From the IMG/VR virus record IMGVR_UViG_3300046616_000314, positions 496,001-560,000 of that record: 64,000 nt of DNA; one strand, given 5' to 3'. Made by a program: the position numbers and the translations under genes. The notes under the pieces are model-generated. The model saw only the letters and a list, made by a program, of their open reading frames with translations. It was not told the origin of the DNA and did not search any database. The stretch's first letter is position 1; each line of letters begins with the position of its first letter. Below, piece after piece: positions 1 to 12,315 of the stretch.

Positions 1-839
1 TTGGCGGTGACAGCCGGAACGGCGGTCAAATGGTCACGAACAAAATAAATTTCAGAAGTTTGACCGGCGCCTGTGTGGTTCAGTCGGAATTTGTTGACGC
101 CAAGCGGTGCAGCCGCCAGGGTAACAGTAGTATCAATGGACTTCCAAAAACCAGCAGTCGAAAGCGGATAATCTTTCTGATCGGCAAGGACCAGACCGGA
201 ATATGTACCGCCGTCGCCTGTACCTGTCAGAGCCTTAGAGCCAAGGACCGAACCGTTCAGCAAGAGTTGCATGGTACCCGAATTGCCCGGTCCCATGTCT
301 TGGAAGGTGTTGGAAGAAACGCCAGCCGCCGTGATACGCGAAACAGCGTTGGTAGGAACGAGAGTAGAAGTACCGCTGTTATCAACGACACCGTTAGCCA
401 GGACCGGAGTAGTACCGGCGGTGTTGGCAACGGTCAGGGCGTTGCCGTTCGGGAACGCGGGAGGCGCAGCCGGTGTGAGCAAAGCCAAGATTTCGTTCAA
501 GCCATCAATGGCATCCGAAACCTTTGTTGTTTCTGTGATAGTGATTGCACCCGGCGAGAACGATCCGTCGCCCTCAGTCGCGGCATTACCCATGACAAGG
601 TGAAAGCCATCAACTGGACCGGCGTTTGCGACGGCGTTGCTGATGGACGTGTTAAGTTGGTTCAGGGTCACAACGTCGTTGTTTCCAACGCCGGGAGCCG
701 CACGAACAACCGCCAACGAACTATCGTCAGCGGTACGAGCCTCGATTGTTTCCGCATTTTTCTTCAGGCGCGGACCTGACTTACCTAGTTGTACGTTGCT
801 GCCAACGCCAACCAGACCGAAATTTTTAATATCAGCCAT
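1..839 (-). CDS. Virion structural/fibre protein, runs off the left edge; paralogue of 37988-39316
   Basis: Manual translation from ATG 839: MADIKNFGLVGVGSNVQLGKSGPRLKKNAETIEARTADDSSLAVVRAAPGVGNNDVVTLNQLN, near-identical in pattern to the N-terminus at 37988; GGAG RBS and ATAAATA late motif upstream (874-880); absent from the ORF track. Confidence 0.8.
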   Translation of the reverse strand, partial: MADIKNFGLVGVGSNVQLGKSGPRLKKNAETIEARTADDSSLAVVRAAPGVGNNDVVTLNQLNTSISNAVANAGPVDGFHLVMGNAATEGDGSFSPGAITITETTKVSDAIDGLNEILALLTPAAPPAFPNGNALTVANTAGTTPVLANGVVDNSGTSTLVPTNAVSRITAAGVSSNTFQDMGPGNSGTMQLLLNGSVLGSKALTGTGDGGTYSGLVLADQKDYPLSTAGFWKSIDTTVTLAAAPLGVNKFRLNHTGAGQTSEIYFVRDHLTAVPAVTA

Positions 840-1117
840 GATTGTCTCCGAACAAGGGAAAACCCCTCGCCTTTATTTATGGAGACACGGACCAATTTAT
901 CTGTAGCTTAATCATAAACATGGTTAACAACCATGATAATATTCATGGTTGTAACGTCTTGAAAACATTCAATTTTGAGTAGTGGGAGCTTTCTGTTGAC
1001 AGGCTATAAGTCCGAAGACTTGGCTCCCTGGAGGCGCCGCTTTTGAGGTCGGGTCTTGCTCGGGTAGTAACTCAAGTCAACAATTCAACTCTATTTAACC
1101 ACGGGATACCGCGCGCG

Positions 1118-1407
1118 TCAACAATAATATGAATTATCGCCAACGCCGAATAAAATTTTGAAACCGATGAACAGCCACCAACCAAGACCGATGCAGAAAC
1201 CAAGTCCAACAACGATAACGAAAAGAACTTTGAACAGTATCAAATATTTGATGAGCGCAAGAGCGATCACTACCGTCGCGATGGCGGTGAAACCTATCAC
1301 GGCGAACACAAAAATTTTGTTCCAGAAAGGAAGATTGTCCACTTTACGAACCCATTGCTTAGTCGGATGTTCGAATAGAAGTTCCCATTCTTCTTTCTTC
1401 GTAGCCA

Positions 1408-1408
<1 letters not shown>
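1118..1408 (-). CDS. Hypothetical membrane protein
   Basis: Two hydrophobic segments; abuts the serS stop. Confidence 0.6.
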
Positions 1409-3612
<2,204 letters not shown>

Positions 3613-3622
<10 letters not shown>

Positions 3623-3879
3623 TTCAGTTTGAAATATACCGCATCATCTTTGTTGTTAAACGATATGGCTGATCCACCGGAAAGCCCGTAGAGATCGAGT
3701 GTGCAATCGATCTTTTCTCTAGCCAACCATTCAGCAAATTCGCCCGTAAACCGATGCTTGAGAGTGCAAGAAACTGGTGATTTGATACCTTGTACAAGGT
3801 AATGTTCCCCAACCGTCTTTGGTGGATTCAGGAAGACGTACTTGCCGTCAATAATTTTGAAACTCATAACGCCATCCAA
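3613..3879 (-). CDS. LKW-family small protein
   Basis: C-terminal SFNNKDDAVYFKLKWL. Confidence 0.75.
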
Positions 3880-4757
3880 AGTTGGAACTTACGAATGTAA
3901 TCAACATCCGGTTTATTAATTTGAGACCAATTCTCAATCAGAAAATCTCGGAACCATCCGGTAGTCATGACCGTGGTCAATCGTTGTAGTGCCTTTGAGT
4001 AGGCTTCGGACGGGTTGCGTTCTCGACCGGGGAGGATGAAACGCTCTAGGGCGATCACCATAATTTCTTCCCGTGCCAATTTTTGTTGAACGTCTAGGGA
4101 TGCCGCATCGAATAGTGTTTTGTCGAGGCTGGCTTTGGACAAATCATTTTTGAAAGTTTCGAACAGCGGACGCCCGCCGTACTTCATCGCATCGTGCAAA
4201 TCGTCGTGATCAAGCATACGCCCGACAGAGTTGTTGCTTTTTGCAAAGAATGCTTCGTTACTCATGTTGGTGTTGATACGTCGAACACCGAATTTTTCTA
4301 CATTCTCGGCGTGGCGAAACTGATAGAAATAAAGTTCGCTGAAGCTAGGCTCACCTTCGCTACGATCCTTCAGCCAATGATAATCCTCGATGTTCTTGCG
4401 CCAGTGAACATTCCAATCCAGATGGCTTCGTTTGATCAACGTCAAAATGGACGGGGAAGGAACGTTTGCCTCACCAAATGGAATATCCATTTTGAAGGAA
4501 TATGGTAGAGCGTTGATTTGCGTTTCTAGCGTTTCGTTGCTTGACAAGGGCGTGATCGTCTCAAACTCTAGACGTGAGCCGTCCTTGAGCTTGAAGCGCA
4601 CTTTCTTGTCATGCGGCGACACCATATCCACGATGGAATCTTTTGCTTCGGTAGCCCACGCCAGGATTTCCGAAGGTCGGGCAATGATGTCCCAATCCTT
4701 AGCTTCCCGAAAATCGGGATACCAAAAACTAATTGCGCGTGAGCCGATGATGATCAT
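3864..4757 (-). CDS. Putative nucleotidyltransferase-like phage protein
   Basis: N-terminal IIGSRA...KDWDII resembles the pol-beta-type hG[S]x9-13DxD motif. Confidence 0.5.
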   Translation of the reverse strand: MIIIGSRAISFWYPDFREAKDWDIIARPSEILAWATEAKDSIVDMVSPHDKKVRFKLKDGSRLEFETITPLSSNETLETQINALPYSFKMDIPFGEANVPSPSILTLIKRSHLDWNVHWRKNIEDYHWLKDRSEGEPSFSELYFYQFRHAENVEKFGVRRINTNMSNEAFFAKSNNSVGRMLDHDDLHDAMKYGGRPLFETFKNDLSKASLDKTLFDAASLDVQQKLAREEIMVIALERFILPGRERNPSEAYSKALQRLTTVMTTGWFRDFLIENWSQINKPDVDYIRKFQLWMAL

Positions 4758-5059
4758 GTGTCTGGGTCAATAATGATTTGAGGATATTTTAGTTTTATAA
4801 ACGCGAGGTCTTCTTCGCTTAGATCAAACGCGACATAGTGATTATTGTCAGCAATATTTCCGCCCCAAGGACGAACAGAAATAGATTTATCGGGAAATTG
4901 TTTTCTAAACCACTTCACGAATTCTCTATTATCATTTCGAAGCGTCTTGAACAATGTTCTAGTCCAAACCGAAGTGCCTTTGGGATGAAACAAAGACAGG
5001 GTGAATGACCCATCGTGTCGTTGTTGGTATCGCGGCGCAAAGGTGAGAAACGTTGTCAT
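4754..5059 (-). CDS. LKW-family small protein
   Basis: WFRKQF...FDLSEEDLAFIKLKYP. Confidence 0.65.
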   Translation of the reverse strand: MTTFLTFAPRYQQRHDGSFTLSLFHPKGTSVWTRTLFKTLRNDNREFVKWFRKQFPDKSISVRPWGGNIADNNHYVAFDLSEEDLAFIKLKYPQIIIDPDT

Positions 5060-5262
5060 TACGATTCGCGTTGAGACAGCCCGGCATGAGCGCGAAGCGT
5101 GTACTCAAAATCCACGATTGAGAACGAGAGCCCTACCGCCTCGGCTTCGATTTGGATATCGTGTGCCATATCCAGGGCTTCGCGAAGGTCAATGCGTTCT
5201 TCGCGTAGGTCGTCAATGATGCCAGCTTGCGCGGCATTGAGATCGAAACTGGTTGTAATCAC
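5059..5262 (-). CDS. Hypothetical protein
   Basis: Fits operon packing with neighbours. Confidence 0.55.
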   Translation of the reverse strand: MITTSFDLNAAQAGIIDDLREERIDLREALDMAHDIQIEAEAVGLSFSIVDFEYTLRAHAGLSQRES

Positions 5263-5330
5263 GGTAAAAACTCATAAAAAAATTACGAGAATTTAGTTAC
5301 CGAATTTGGTTAAGGGATGCAAGCGAAAAA

Positions 5331-5945
5331 TTAATCGTCTTTTAGGAGATTGAGAAGCGACGTGTTAGCCACGGCTCCCAAAACAGCCTTTAGCGAAAAA
5401 TCTGCGAACGATTCCGCATACTTGTTGGCTTGCTCGATAGCAGCGGCTTGAGCCGTGCCATCGGAATAAAAACTGCCCTCACCCGCGATCATGGTACTCA
5501 CAGTGGTAGGAGTAGCAACGATTGTGTTAACACGCGATTGTAAAATGACGGTATTGGCTTCGCTGGGATTAGCCGCCGCCGCTTCTAACTCATCAATCGC
5601 AGTCAGAAATGTTCGTGCTCCAAATGTCGCACCAAATGCCTGAGATACACTGTTCGCCGGTTTATTGGTAGTCAATATGACAGTCGAATAGGTATCCATT
5701 TGAGCGGGCAAGTCAGCAAGCGTGTTGCCAACGTGCATGGATAGTGCATCCATTTCGCCTGAATTTACAAAACTAGCCGATAGGGTTGTGCTAAGTGCGA
5801 TAAGATCGGCGTCTCCTGAGTTGGCAAGATTTGCCACTACGGCATTCACGACATTGTTCGCGTCAGCCAATCGTGTGACGAAATAAGGATCAAATTGGTT
5901 GCCCGCACCGATGATGCCAGCAATTTCGTTAATTTTATCGCTCAT
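5331..5945 (-). CDS. Hypothetical, probably virion/baseplate-associated protein
   Basis: Ala-rich 204-aa ORF coupled to 5945-6802 in a late operon. Confidence 0.65.
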   Translation of the reverse strand: MSDKINEIAGIIGAGNQFDPYFVTRLADANNVVNAVVANLANSGDADLIALSTTLSASFVNSGEMDALSMHVGNTLADLPAQMDTYSTVILTTNKPANSVSQAFGATFGARTFLTAIDELEAAAANPSEANTVILQSRVNTIVATPTTVSTMIAGEGSFYSDGTAQAAAIEQANKYAESFADFSLKAVLGAVANTSLLNLLKDD

Positions 5946-6802
5946 TATGCGCTCTTAGGAAGATTGGGGTGATATGGTGTGCCGCCGGTCATAGTGTATC
6001 CAAGTGGAAGCCCTGACATTTGTTGAGAACGTCGGTTCGCGAAATGAATCCAGCCGGGGCTACCTGAACCGCTATACTCCAAAAGAAATTGGGTATAGGG
6101 AATTTTGGCAGTCGTAATGATCTTGACGGCGAGTTGACGAAGTTCTTCACGGCTAAGTCTGTTACCATTTTTGAACATATGTAGATCGCAAGCCGAACCA
6201 ATGTTATGATCCGAAGTGCCAGTAGAATTTCTAAAGCCGCTACCAATCTTGAATTCGATCCCATCGGTGTTGTGTGACAACCAATCCTTAAGAGCATCGA
6301 CGCTATTGGTAGCGAGAAATTTCAAATTACAAATAATGTCTGCTTTGTTGACACCATTGTTTCCGCCAGAGGGGATGGTATGGCGCAAAGCCGGTTGATA
6401 GACGCCAGACGAGAAATCAGCGACCGTAAAATATTTTGAAATTTTTGTGGAATCTGGGGTGGATGAATTGTAGTCGCCGCATCCGACACCCTTGGATGTC
6501 CCGTTGACCGGAGTAACGCCCGCCGCTCCTGGGTCTTCTGCGTTGCTTACTGAAGCCCGCTCCAAGCTATCAGCGGTACCGGGACCATATTTGTTATCGA
6601 GATACGCCCGGCGTTGATCCGGTTCCATATCCTCGGTTTCCATACCGATAGATTCGTATTCGGCGACTTCAGCCGAAACACCGCTAGAGCCGACAACAGC
6701 CCCGCCGCCTTCGACAAAATGCGAAGACGCGCCAGTGATGACTTTTCCAAGTTTGCCTTGGACCATGACAACACTACCAACGTGGGCTACAGGATATGGC
6801 AT
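5945..6802 (-). CDS. PAAR-like N-terminus fused to a peptidase M15-like domain
   Basis: N-term PVAHVGS...GKVITGASSHFVEG (PAAR-like); C-term SGFR, SDHNIGSACD and WIHF (M15 Zn ligands). Confidence 0.65.
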   Translation of the reverse strand: MPYPVAHVGSVVMVQGKLGKVITGASSHFVEGGGAVVGSSGVSAEVAEYESIGMETEDMEPDQRRAYLDNKYGPGTADSLERASVSNAEDPGAAGVTPVNGTSKGVGCGDYNSSTPDSTKISKYFTVADFSSGVYQPALRHTIPSGGNNGVNKADIICNLKFLATNSVDALKDWLSHNTDGIEFKIGSGFRNSTGTSDHNIGSACDLHMFKNGNRLSREELRQLAVKIITTAKIPYTQFLLEYSGSGSPGWIHFANRRSQQMSGLPLGYTMTGGTPYHPNLPKSA

Positions 6803-6862
6803 GAAAACCTCAAATAAAAACCGATGTCTCCGAATAGAGACACCGGTATTTATTGTATTAAA

Positions 6863-7201
6863 TTAGCCCTTTAGGATCGTGCTGGGCGATGCAGCGACGA
6901 GACCCGTGGTGGCGTGAAGATAAGAATTGTCGATATCTTCGCGCGGAGCCATCGGAGCCACGACGAGACGATCAAACGAAAACGTGAAAATTGAGTCTTC
7001 GTCAACGGCGCCCATGAAGGGAGCGAAGCCCAAACCGGCTTCCTGGGCACTAACCATTCGCATCTGAATGGCAATCGGCTTGGTGATGGAAATGGTCTTT
7101 TCATCGACCGAATGCACTCGTCCAACCAATTCTTCTCCGGTAACTAGTCGAAGAACAACGGTTTTTCCTGCTTCGGGCTTATATTTGGTTTTGATAAGCA
7201 T
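6863..7201 (-). CDS. Sm/Lsm-like fold phage protein
   Basis: VVLRLVTGEELVGRV...ISITKP pattern; late motif context. Confidence 0.55.
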   Translation of the reverse strand: MLIKTKYKPEAGKTVVLRLVTGEELVGRVHSVDEKTISITKPIAIQMRMVSAQEAGLGFAPFMGAVDEDSIFTFSFDRLVVAPMAPREDIDNSYLHATTGLVAASPSTILKG

Positions 7202-7310
7202 AATTTAAAACTCCTAAATAATGCATCATCTTATCATGCCTTAACCATCTTTTTCCATTTAAAAGTCTGAGATAATACTGATTTTTTGGGGTCGTTTTGG
7301 GGAGGTCTAG

Positions 7311-7317
7311 ATAAATA
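7311..7317 (+). promoter_or_regulatory. T4-like late promoter motif (T/G/C)ATAAATA, representative copy
   Basis: Also at 874(-), 6847(-), 12868, 16521, 24205, 25320, 27205, 29645, 32185, 34437, 37954, 41663(-), 60537, mostly upstream of structural genes; T4 late consensus is TATAAATA. Confidence 0.75.
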
Positions 7318-7348
7318 CTTTTACTACTCATTTTGGAGAATAATAATC

Positions 7349-10258
7349 ATGGCAACACTCGTAAGTCCCGGTGTAGACGTTCAAATTTATAATGAAAGCT
7401 TCTACGCAACCGCTGGTACTGGGACAGTTCCTTTGGTGGTATTCGCTAGTGCTGCGAATAAGCCAATTTCTGCTAGTGACTCTACTATCGCTCCATATTC
7501 TGTTCCTTCCCGCGCTGGCGAACTTTTCTTGGCTACTTCGCAACGCGAACTGATCCAACAATTCGGTACGCCTACCTTCAAGACCGTTCAGGGTACCCCT
7601 CTGCACGGCGACGAACTGAACGAATATGGTCTTCTGGCTGCTTATCAATATCTGGGAATTTCGAACCGTTGCTACGTTGTTCGCGCTGATATCGATACGG
7701 CTCAACTGGAATCCAGCACTTCGGCTCCGGTCGGTGCTCCGCAAGCTGGTACATTCTGGTTTGACGTTGGTGAAACTTCGTTTGGTGTCTTCCAATCGAA
7801 CGGCAATCCGAACGCTGGTGTTGCTTGGTTGACCCAACCGGTTCTGGTCGCGGGTTCGGCGAACACCACAAACGGCGAGCCTTCAACTGGCTTCGGCGCC
7901 GATGGCGACTTCGCTGTTGTCGTAAGTGTTTCGGATAACCTGCTTTATGAAAAGCTGGCTGGTGCTTGGTTCCTAGTTGGTTCGACCGCTTGGAAGGCAA
8001 ACTATCCGACTAAGGTCCAAGGTTCGACCAACCCGGCTCCGATCCTGACCACCGATACCATCGTTATCACTGTTTATGACAGTGTTGGTGCTCCGACCGC
8101 AACAACCATTTCCTTCAGCGCGACCACTGGTACGCTTCCTGAAATTGTTACAGAAATCAACAACGCAGCTATTCCGAACGTTACGGCTTCGGTCACAACT
8201 GGTACGGCTCTGCTGATCGCTGAAATCGCTGGTGGTAAGATCACGGTTCAAAATGGTGCTGGTACTCCGCTGGCAACTTTGGGCATCGTTCCGAATACCT
8301 ATAATGGCGTTTCTCTGAAGCAAACAAGCAACGCTCAATATCCGGCTAATTCGGTCGCGGGCGACGTTTGGATCAAGGGTACGGTTCCTAACAAGGGTGC
8401 TGACTGGTCTGTTAAGTATTGGTCGTCGGCTGGTCAATGGATCGAAGTTGCGGCTCCGTTCTATCCTTACGACAGCATCGCCGCTGATGGCGACGCTGGT
8501 AAGGACGCTGCTGCCTTGCTCGCCTTCGGTGTTCCTACTGTTGGTACAATCTACGTTGGTTATGACGATGGCGTTGCTTCGGGCGGCACACCGGGTACTC
8601 AACAAATTCGTCGTTGGAATGGCACTATGTTCGAAAACCTCGTTTATGAGGCTTCGACTGTTCCTCCGACTTCGGCTCCTTCGGAAGGTACTCTGTGGTA
8701 CAATTCTGATCTGCGCGTTGACATCATGTACGGCGATGGCACGACATGGATGGGCTACAAGCACAAGTTCCAAACAACTGACCCGAACGGCGTCATCATT
8801 TCGGGCTCTAAGCCTCTGGTCCAATCGACCGGTTCGGCTCTGGTCGATAATGACCTGTGGCTGGATTCGAGCGATCTGGAAAACTATCCGCTGCTGTATC
8901 GTTACTCGACCACAACTGGTCGTTGGACACTGATCGACAACACTGACCAAACCTCGCCGTTTGGTGTCGTGTTCGCTGATGCACGTGCTGACTCGGGTCC
9001 GACCTATAGCGGTGCGCAATCTGGCTATGCATTTAACTCGGAACTGCCCGCCGATATGGTGAAGTCCGATTACCTGCTGCCGGATGCTCCCGATCCTCGC
9101 ACATACCCAGACGGTATGCTGCTGTTCAACACTCGCTATGGTACGTACAACGTTAAGCAATGGGAACCGAACTACTTCGCTCTCGGCGGCTACGACGCTA
9201 ACACCGACTATACCGAAGAAACATATCGTATCGGAACCGCTGGTCCCGTCTTCCCGGCTCTGACTGATGCTGGTGTTTGGCTGACAGCAAGCGGCAATGG
9301 AACAAACGGTGCTCCGCTGATGGGTCGTAAGGCTCAACGTGCGATGATCGTTCGTGCCATGGGTGCCACAATCTCCGAAAACGAAAACCTGCGTTCAGAC
9401 CTAGTTTATTACAACCTCATCGCCGCACCGGGCTACCCGGAAATGATCGATGAAATGGTTGTCCTGAATACCGATCAAAAGGAAGTGTCGTTCATCGTTG
9501 CCGATACGCCTGCGCGCCTGCGTCCGACCGGTACAGACATCACCGCGTGGGCAACCAATGCGAATGGTGCTTCGTCTAACGGCGAAGATGGTCTGACCAC
9601 TTCTAGCGATTACGTTGGTGTCTATTACCCTTGGGGTCTGAGCACCGATCTGTCGGGTAACGAAGTTATGGTTCCGCCTTCTTCGGTTGCTCTCTGCACC
9701 ATGGCTTATAACGACCAAGTTGCTTACCCGTGGTTCGCCCCGGCTGGCTTCACTCGTGGTCTGGTCCAGAATGCTACCACCGTTGGTTATCTGACTAGCG
9801 AAGGTGAATTCAAGCCTGTTCTGTTGAACCAAGGTCAAAAGGATGTTCTTTACACCAACAAGATCAACCCAATCGTGTTCATTCCGAACCGTGGCTTGGT
9901 TGTCAATGGTCAAAAGACCCGTGCGCCGCTTGACAGCGCAATGGACCGCATCAACGTTGCTCGTCTGGTCAACTACCTGAAGTACCAACTGAGCAACATC
10001 ACGCAACCGTTCTTGTTCGAACCGAACGATGAACAAACACGTGAATCGGCTCGCGTAACTGTCGAACGTTTCCTTGAAGGTCTCGTTGGTCTGCGCGCCC
10101 TGGAAGACTACGGCGTCCAGTGCGACTTGAACAACAACACCCCGGAACGTCGTGATCGTAATGAATTGTGGATCGATGTCGCTATCATCCCGACCAAGGC
10201 TGTCGAATTCATCTACATCCCGGTTCGTATTCTGAACAGCGGCGATTCTATCGCTTAA
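7349..10258 (+). CDS. Contractile tail sheath protein (gp18-like)
   Basis: MATLVSPGVDVQIYNESFY start; C-terminal PWFAPAGFTRG, KINPI, RINVARL, FLFEPND, AVEFIYIP; GGAG RBS places the start at 7349. Confidence 0.95.
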   Translation: MATLVSPGVDVQIYNESFYATAGTGTVPLVVFASAANKPISASDSTIAPYSVPSRAGELFLATSQRELIQQFGTPTFKTVQGTPLHGDELNEYGLLAAYQYLGISNRCYVVRADIDTAQLESSTSAPVGAPQAGTFWFDVGETSFGVFQSNGNPNAGVAWLTQPVLVAGSANTTNGEPSTGFGADGDFAVVVSVSDNLLYEKLAGAWFLVGSTAWKANYPTKVQGSTNPAPILTTDTIVITVYDSVGAPTATTISFSATTGTLPEIVTEINNAAIPNVTASVTTGTALLIAEIAGGKITVQNGAGTPLATLGIVPNTYNGVSLKQTSNAQYPANSVAGDVWIKGTVPNKGADWSVKYWSSAGQWIEVAAPFYPYDSIAADGDAGKDAAALLAFGVPTVGTIYVGYDDGVASGGTPGTQQIRRWNGTMFENLVYEASTVPPTSAPSEGTLWYNSDLRVDIMYGDGTTWMGYKHKFQTTDPNGVIISGSKPLVQSTGSALVDNDLWLDSSDLENYPLLYRYSTTTGRWTLIDNTDQTSPFGVVFADARADSGPTYSGAQSGYAFNSELPADMVKSDYLLPDAPDPRTYPDGMLLFNTRYGTYNVKQWEPNYFALGGYDANTDYTEETYRIGTAGPVFPALTDAGVWLTASGNGTNGAPLMGRKAQRAMIVRAMGATISENENLRSDLVYYNLIAAPGYPEMIDEMVVLNTDQKEVSFIVADTPARLRPTGTDITAWATNANGASSNGEDGLTTSSDYVGVYYPWGLSTDLSGNEVMVPPSSVALCTMAYNDQVAYPWFAPAGFTRGLVQNATTVGYLTSEGEFKPVLLNQGQKDVLYTNKINPIVFIPNRGLVVNGQKTRAPLDSAMDRINVARLVNYLKYQLSNITQPFLFEPNDEQTRESARVTVERFLEGLVGLRALEDYGVQCDLNNNTPERRDRNELWIDVAIIPTKAVEFIYIPVRILNSGDSIA

Positions 10259-10279
10259 GGGAAACCTTAAAAGAATTGA

Positions 10280-10310
10280 AGAAGGGGAGGGCGAAAGCTC
10301 TCCCCTTTTT
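10280..10310 (+). terminator. Rho-independent terminator after the sheath gene
   Basis: GGGGAGGGC-GAAA-GCTCTCCCC followed by a T run. Confidence 0.85.
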
Positions 10311-10312
10311 CG

Positions 10313-10343
10313 TTGACAATTATACTCTATCGCTGTATATGAT
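10313..10343 (+). promoter_or_regulatory. Sigma70-like promoter
   Basis: TTGACA, about 17 nt, TATATGAT. Confidence 0.65.
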
Positions 10344-10366
10344 ATGGATCATTTATGGAGATAGGC

Positions 10367-10843
10367 ATGTCTGATCTTGTTGAAAAGTATTTTATGGATG
10401 CGTGGCGTCCACTCAGCAAGGTCTATGCACACCCTCCGGTTCTCAACTCACAAGCGGATGCCCTTGCCTGGATTGCCGATCAGCATTCGTATATGCAAAA
10501 CCAATATCGGCTGACCGATCCGGCGAACGATAAAACACCACCGCCCAAGCTCACCTTGGATTTGGGTGAATTCGAAAAAGCCATCACCGTTTCGCAATTT
10601 CCCTGGACGGCTGTTAAGATGCGTCGTCGCCCAATTATCGCGAATGGCGTACCGCAACCGCATTATAACTATTCCTACGATATGTGGGAATGGAACGTGT
10701 ACAAGATGAAGTGGGTTCGTCTTTCGAATACGGCTTGTGGCTTCGGCGAGCAAAGTGATGCAGATCGTTGTGCCAAGGAACGTTCGGACGAAATTCAAGA
10801 CATGCTTGATTCTAACAAGAATCATCCGCCCGTAATTAAGTAA
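10367..10843 (+). CDS. Hypothetical protein
   Basis: GGAG RBS before ATG 10367; upstream of tyrS. Confidence 0.7.
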   Translation: MSDLVEKYFMDAWRPLSKVYAHPPVLNSQADALAWIADQHSYMQNQYRLTDPANDKTPPPKLTLDLGEFEKAITVSQFPWTAVKMRRRPIIANGVPQPHYNYSYDMWEWNVYKMKWVRLSNTACGFGEQSDADRCAKERSDEIQDMLDSNKNHPPVIK

Positions 10844-10848
10844 AGAAA

Positions 10849-12018
10849 ATGAAATCTGAATTATTCAAAGTCCTGTCCGACCGTGGGTTCATCAACCAAA
10901 CAACCAATTTGGCTGCGTTGGATGATGCGGCTGTTGCTGGTCCGATCACGGCATACATCGGCTTCGACCTGACGGCGAACAGCCTGCATGTCGGTTCTCT
11001 GATTCAGATCATGGTGTTGCGTTGGATGCGCAAGCTGGGTCACAATCCCCTAATTCTCCTGGGCGATGCTACAACTCGTGTGGGCGATCCCTCGGGTAAG
11101 AGCACGGCTCGCCCGATCCTGACCACGGAACAAATCGGTTCCAATCGCCAAGGAATCGAGAAAGTTTTTAAGACGCTTGTTCCCGAACCTCAATTCGTCA
11201 CGAACGAAGCGTGGTTCAACGGCGAAACGGGTTTCTTTGAATTTCTCCAAGAATACGGTTCGATGTTCAGTATCAATCGTATGCTGACGTTCGATTCGGT
11301 AAAGAGCCGTCTCAAGCCCGACTCGTCTCTGTCGTTCCTTGAATTCAACTACATGCTGATGCAAGCGGTTGATTTCTTCAAGCTGAACGAATTGCAAAAT
11401 TGTATCTTGCAAGTCGGTGGCTCGGATCAATGGGGCAACATCATCAACGGCGTCGAGCTAACCCGCAAGAAAGCTCAACGGGAAGTCTTCGGGCTGACTA
11501 CCCCTCTGATGACCAACGTTGCTGGGGAAAAAATGGGCAAGACGGCTTCTGGCGCCGTTTGGCTTGATCCCGAAAAGACTTCGGCGTTTGATTTCTGGCA
11601 GTTTTGGCGCAATGTCGAAGATGCCAAGGTTGGTGAATTCCTGCGTCTGTTCACCGAACTTGATCTCGGAGAAATCGAAAATATTATTGCCAAGGATGTC
11701 AACGAAGCCAAGATCGTCCTGGCGGACACCGTTACTGGAATGGTTCATCCCAATTTTGGCGGCGAGCTTCCCGTTCTCAATCGCCATCGGTCGCATCTGT
11801 TCGCCGCTGGTCAAGTATCGATCTCGCAACTGTTCGTGGAAGTTGGGCTGGCAAAATCGAACGGTGATGCTGCCCGTCTTGCTCAAAATGGTGGTTTGAA
11901 ATTGGATGATGTTCTGGTACAAGATGTTCGTCGTCTTGTATCCGAGAGTGACATTCCCGCCTCGGGTATGAAATTCTCGCTTGGGAAAAAGAAGTCGGTA
12001 ATTTTGAAATTGGTTTAG
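10849..12018 (+). CDS. tyrS: Tyrosyl-tRNA synthetase
   Basis: YIGFDLTANSLHVGS (HIGH), QVGGSDQWGNI, KMGKT (KMSKS), C-terminal S4-like segment. Confidence 0.97.
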   Translation: MKSELFKVLSDRGFINQTTNLAALDDAAVAGPITAYIGFDLTANSLHVGSLIQIMVLRWMRKLGHNPLILLGDATTRVGDPSGKSTARPILTTEQIGSNRQGIEKVFKTLVPEPQFVTNEAWFNGETGFFEFLQEYGSMFSINRMLTFDSVKSRLKPDSSLSFLEFNYMLMQAVDFFKLNELQNCILQVGGSDQWGNIINGVELTRKKAQREVFGLTTPLMTNVAGEKMGKTASGAVWLDPEKTSAFDFWQFWRNVEDAKVGEFLRLFTELDLGEIENIIAKDVNEAKIVLADTVTGMVHPNFGGELPVLNRHRSHLFAAGQVSISQLFVEVGLAKSNGDAARLAQNGGLKLDDVLVQDVRRLVSESDIPASGMKFSLGKKKSVILKLV

Positions 12019-12168
12019 TAGCTCCGAAAGGGCGAAAGCCCTGAACCCATAAGTCCGAAGGTAGGTGACTGGGAGGCTGTTCAGCGTAAAGGTACTGCTT
12101 CACTCCATTAAACACAGGATGAAGATGCCTCGGATAATCAAGAGTTTGCTTGATATTGGTAGCTACTA
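12016..12168. ncRNA. Candidate ~150-nt multi-stem structured RNA
   Basis: TAGTAGCT(12016)/AGCTACTA(12161) closing stem; internal GGGC-GAAA-GCCC, CTGAAC/GTTCAG and TCAAG/CTTGA stems. Confidence 0.45.
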
Positions 12169-12200
12169 AAAAGAGCCGGGGAGTGATCCCCGGCTCTTTC
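12168..12200. terminator. Bidirectional terminator
   Basis: AAAAAGAGCCGGGG-AGTGAT-CCCCGGCTCTTT. Confidence 0.85.
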
Positions 12201-12315
12201 TACGATTCCTAAGAGCATCCTACCATTTCTGGCTGTGGGTTTTTCGGGGTCACTCGTTTGAACCGTTGCTACTCTAGACCCTTGTTCACATATTAACCAT
12301 ACGCCTTAACGAAAA

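Noticed and set aside
30-906. Plus-strand ORFs 30-779, 271-603 and 637-906
   Set aside because: Antisense shadows of the real minus-strand gene starting at 839, which has an RBS, a late motif and a paralogue at 37988.
7973-10036. Long antisense ORFs within the sheath gene, and similar ones in other highly biased genes
   Set aside because: Expected by-product of strong codon bias on the sense strand.
10260-10848. T-box riboswitch upstream of tyrS
   Set aside because: No T-box consensus or specifier stem; the interval holds a terminator, a promoter and a coding gene.
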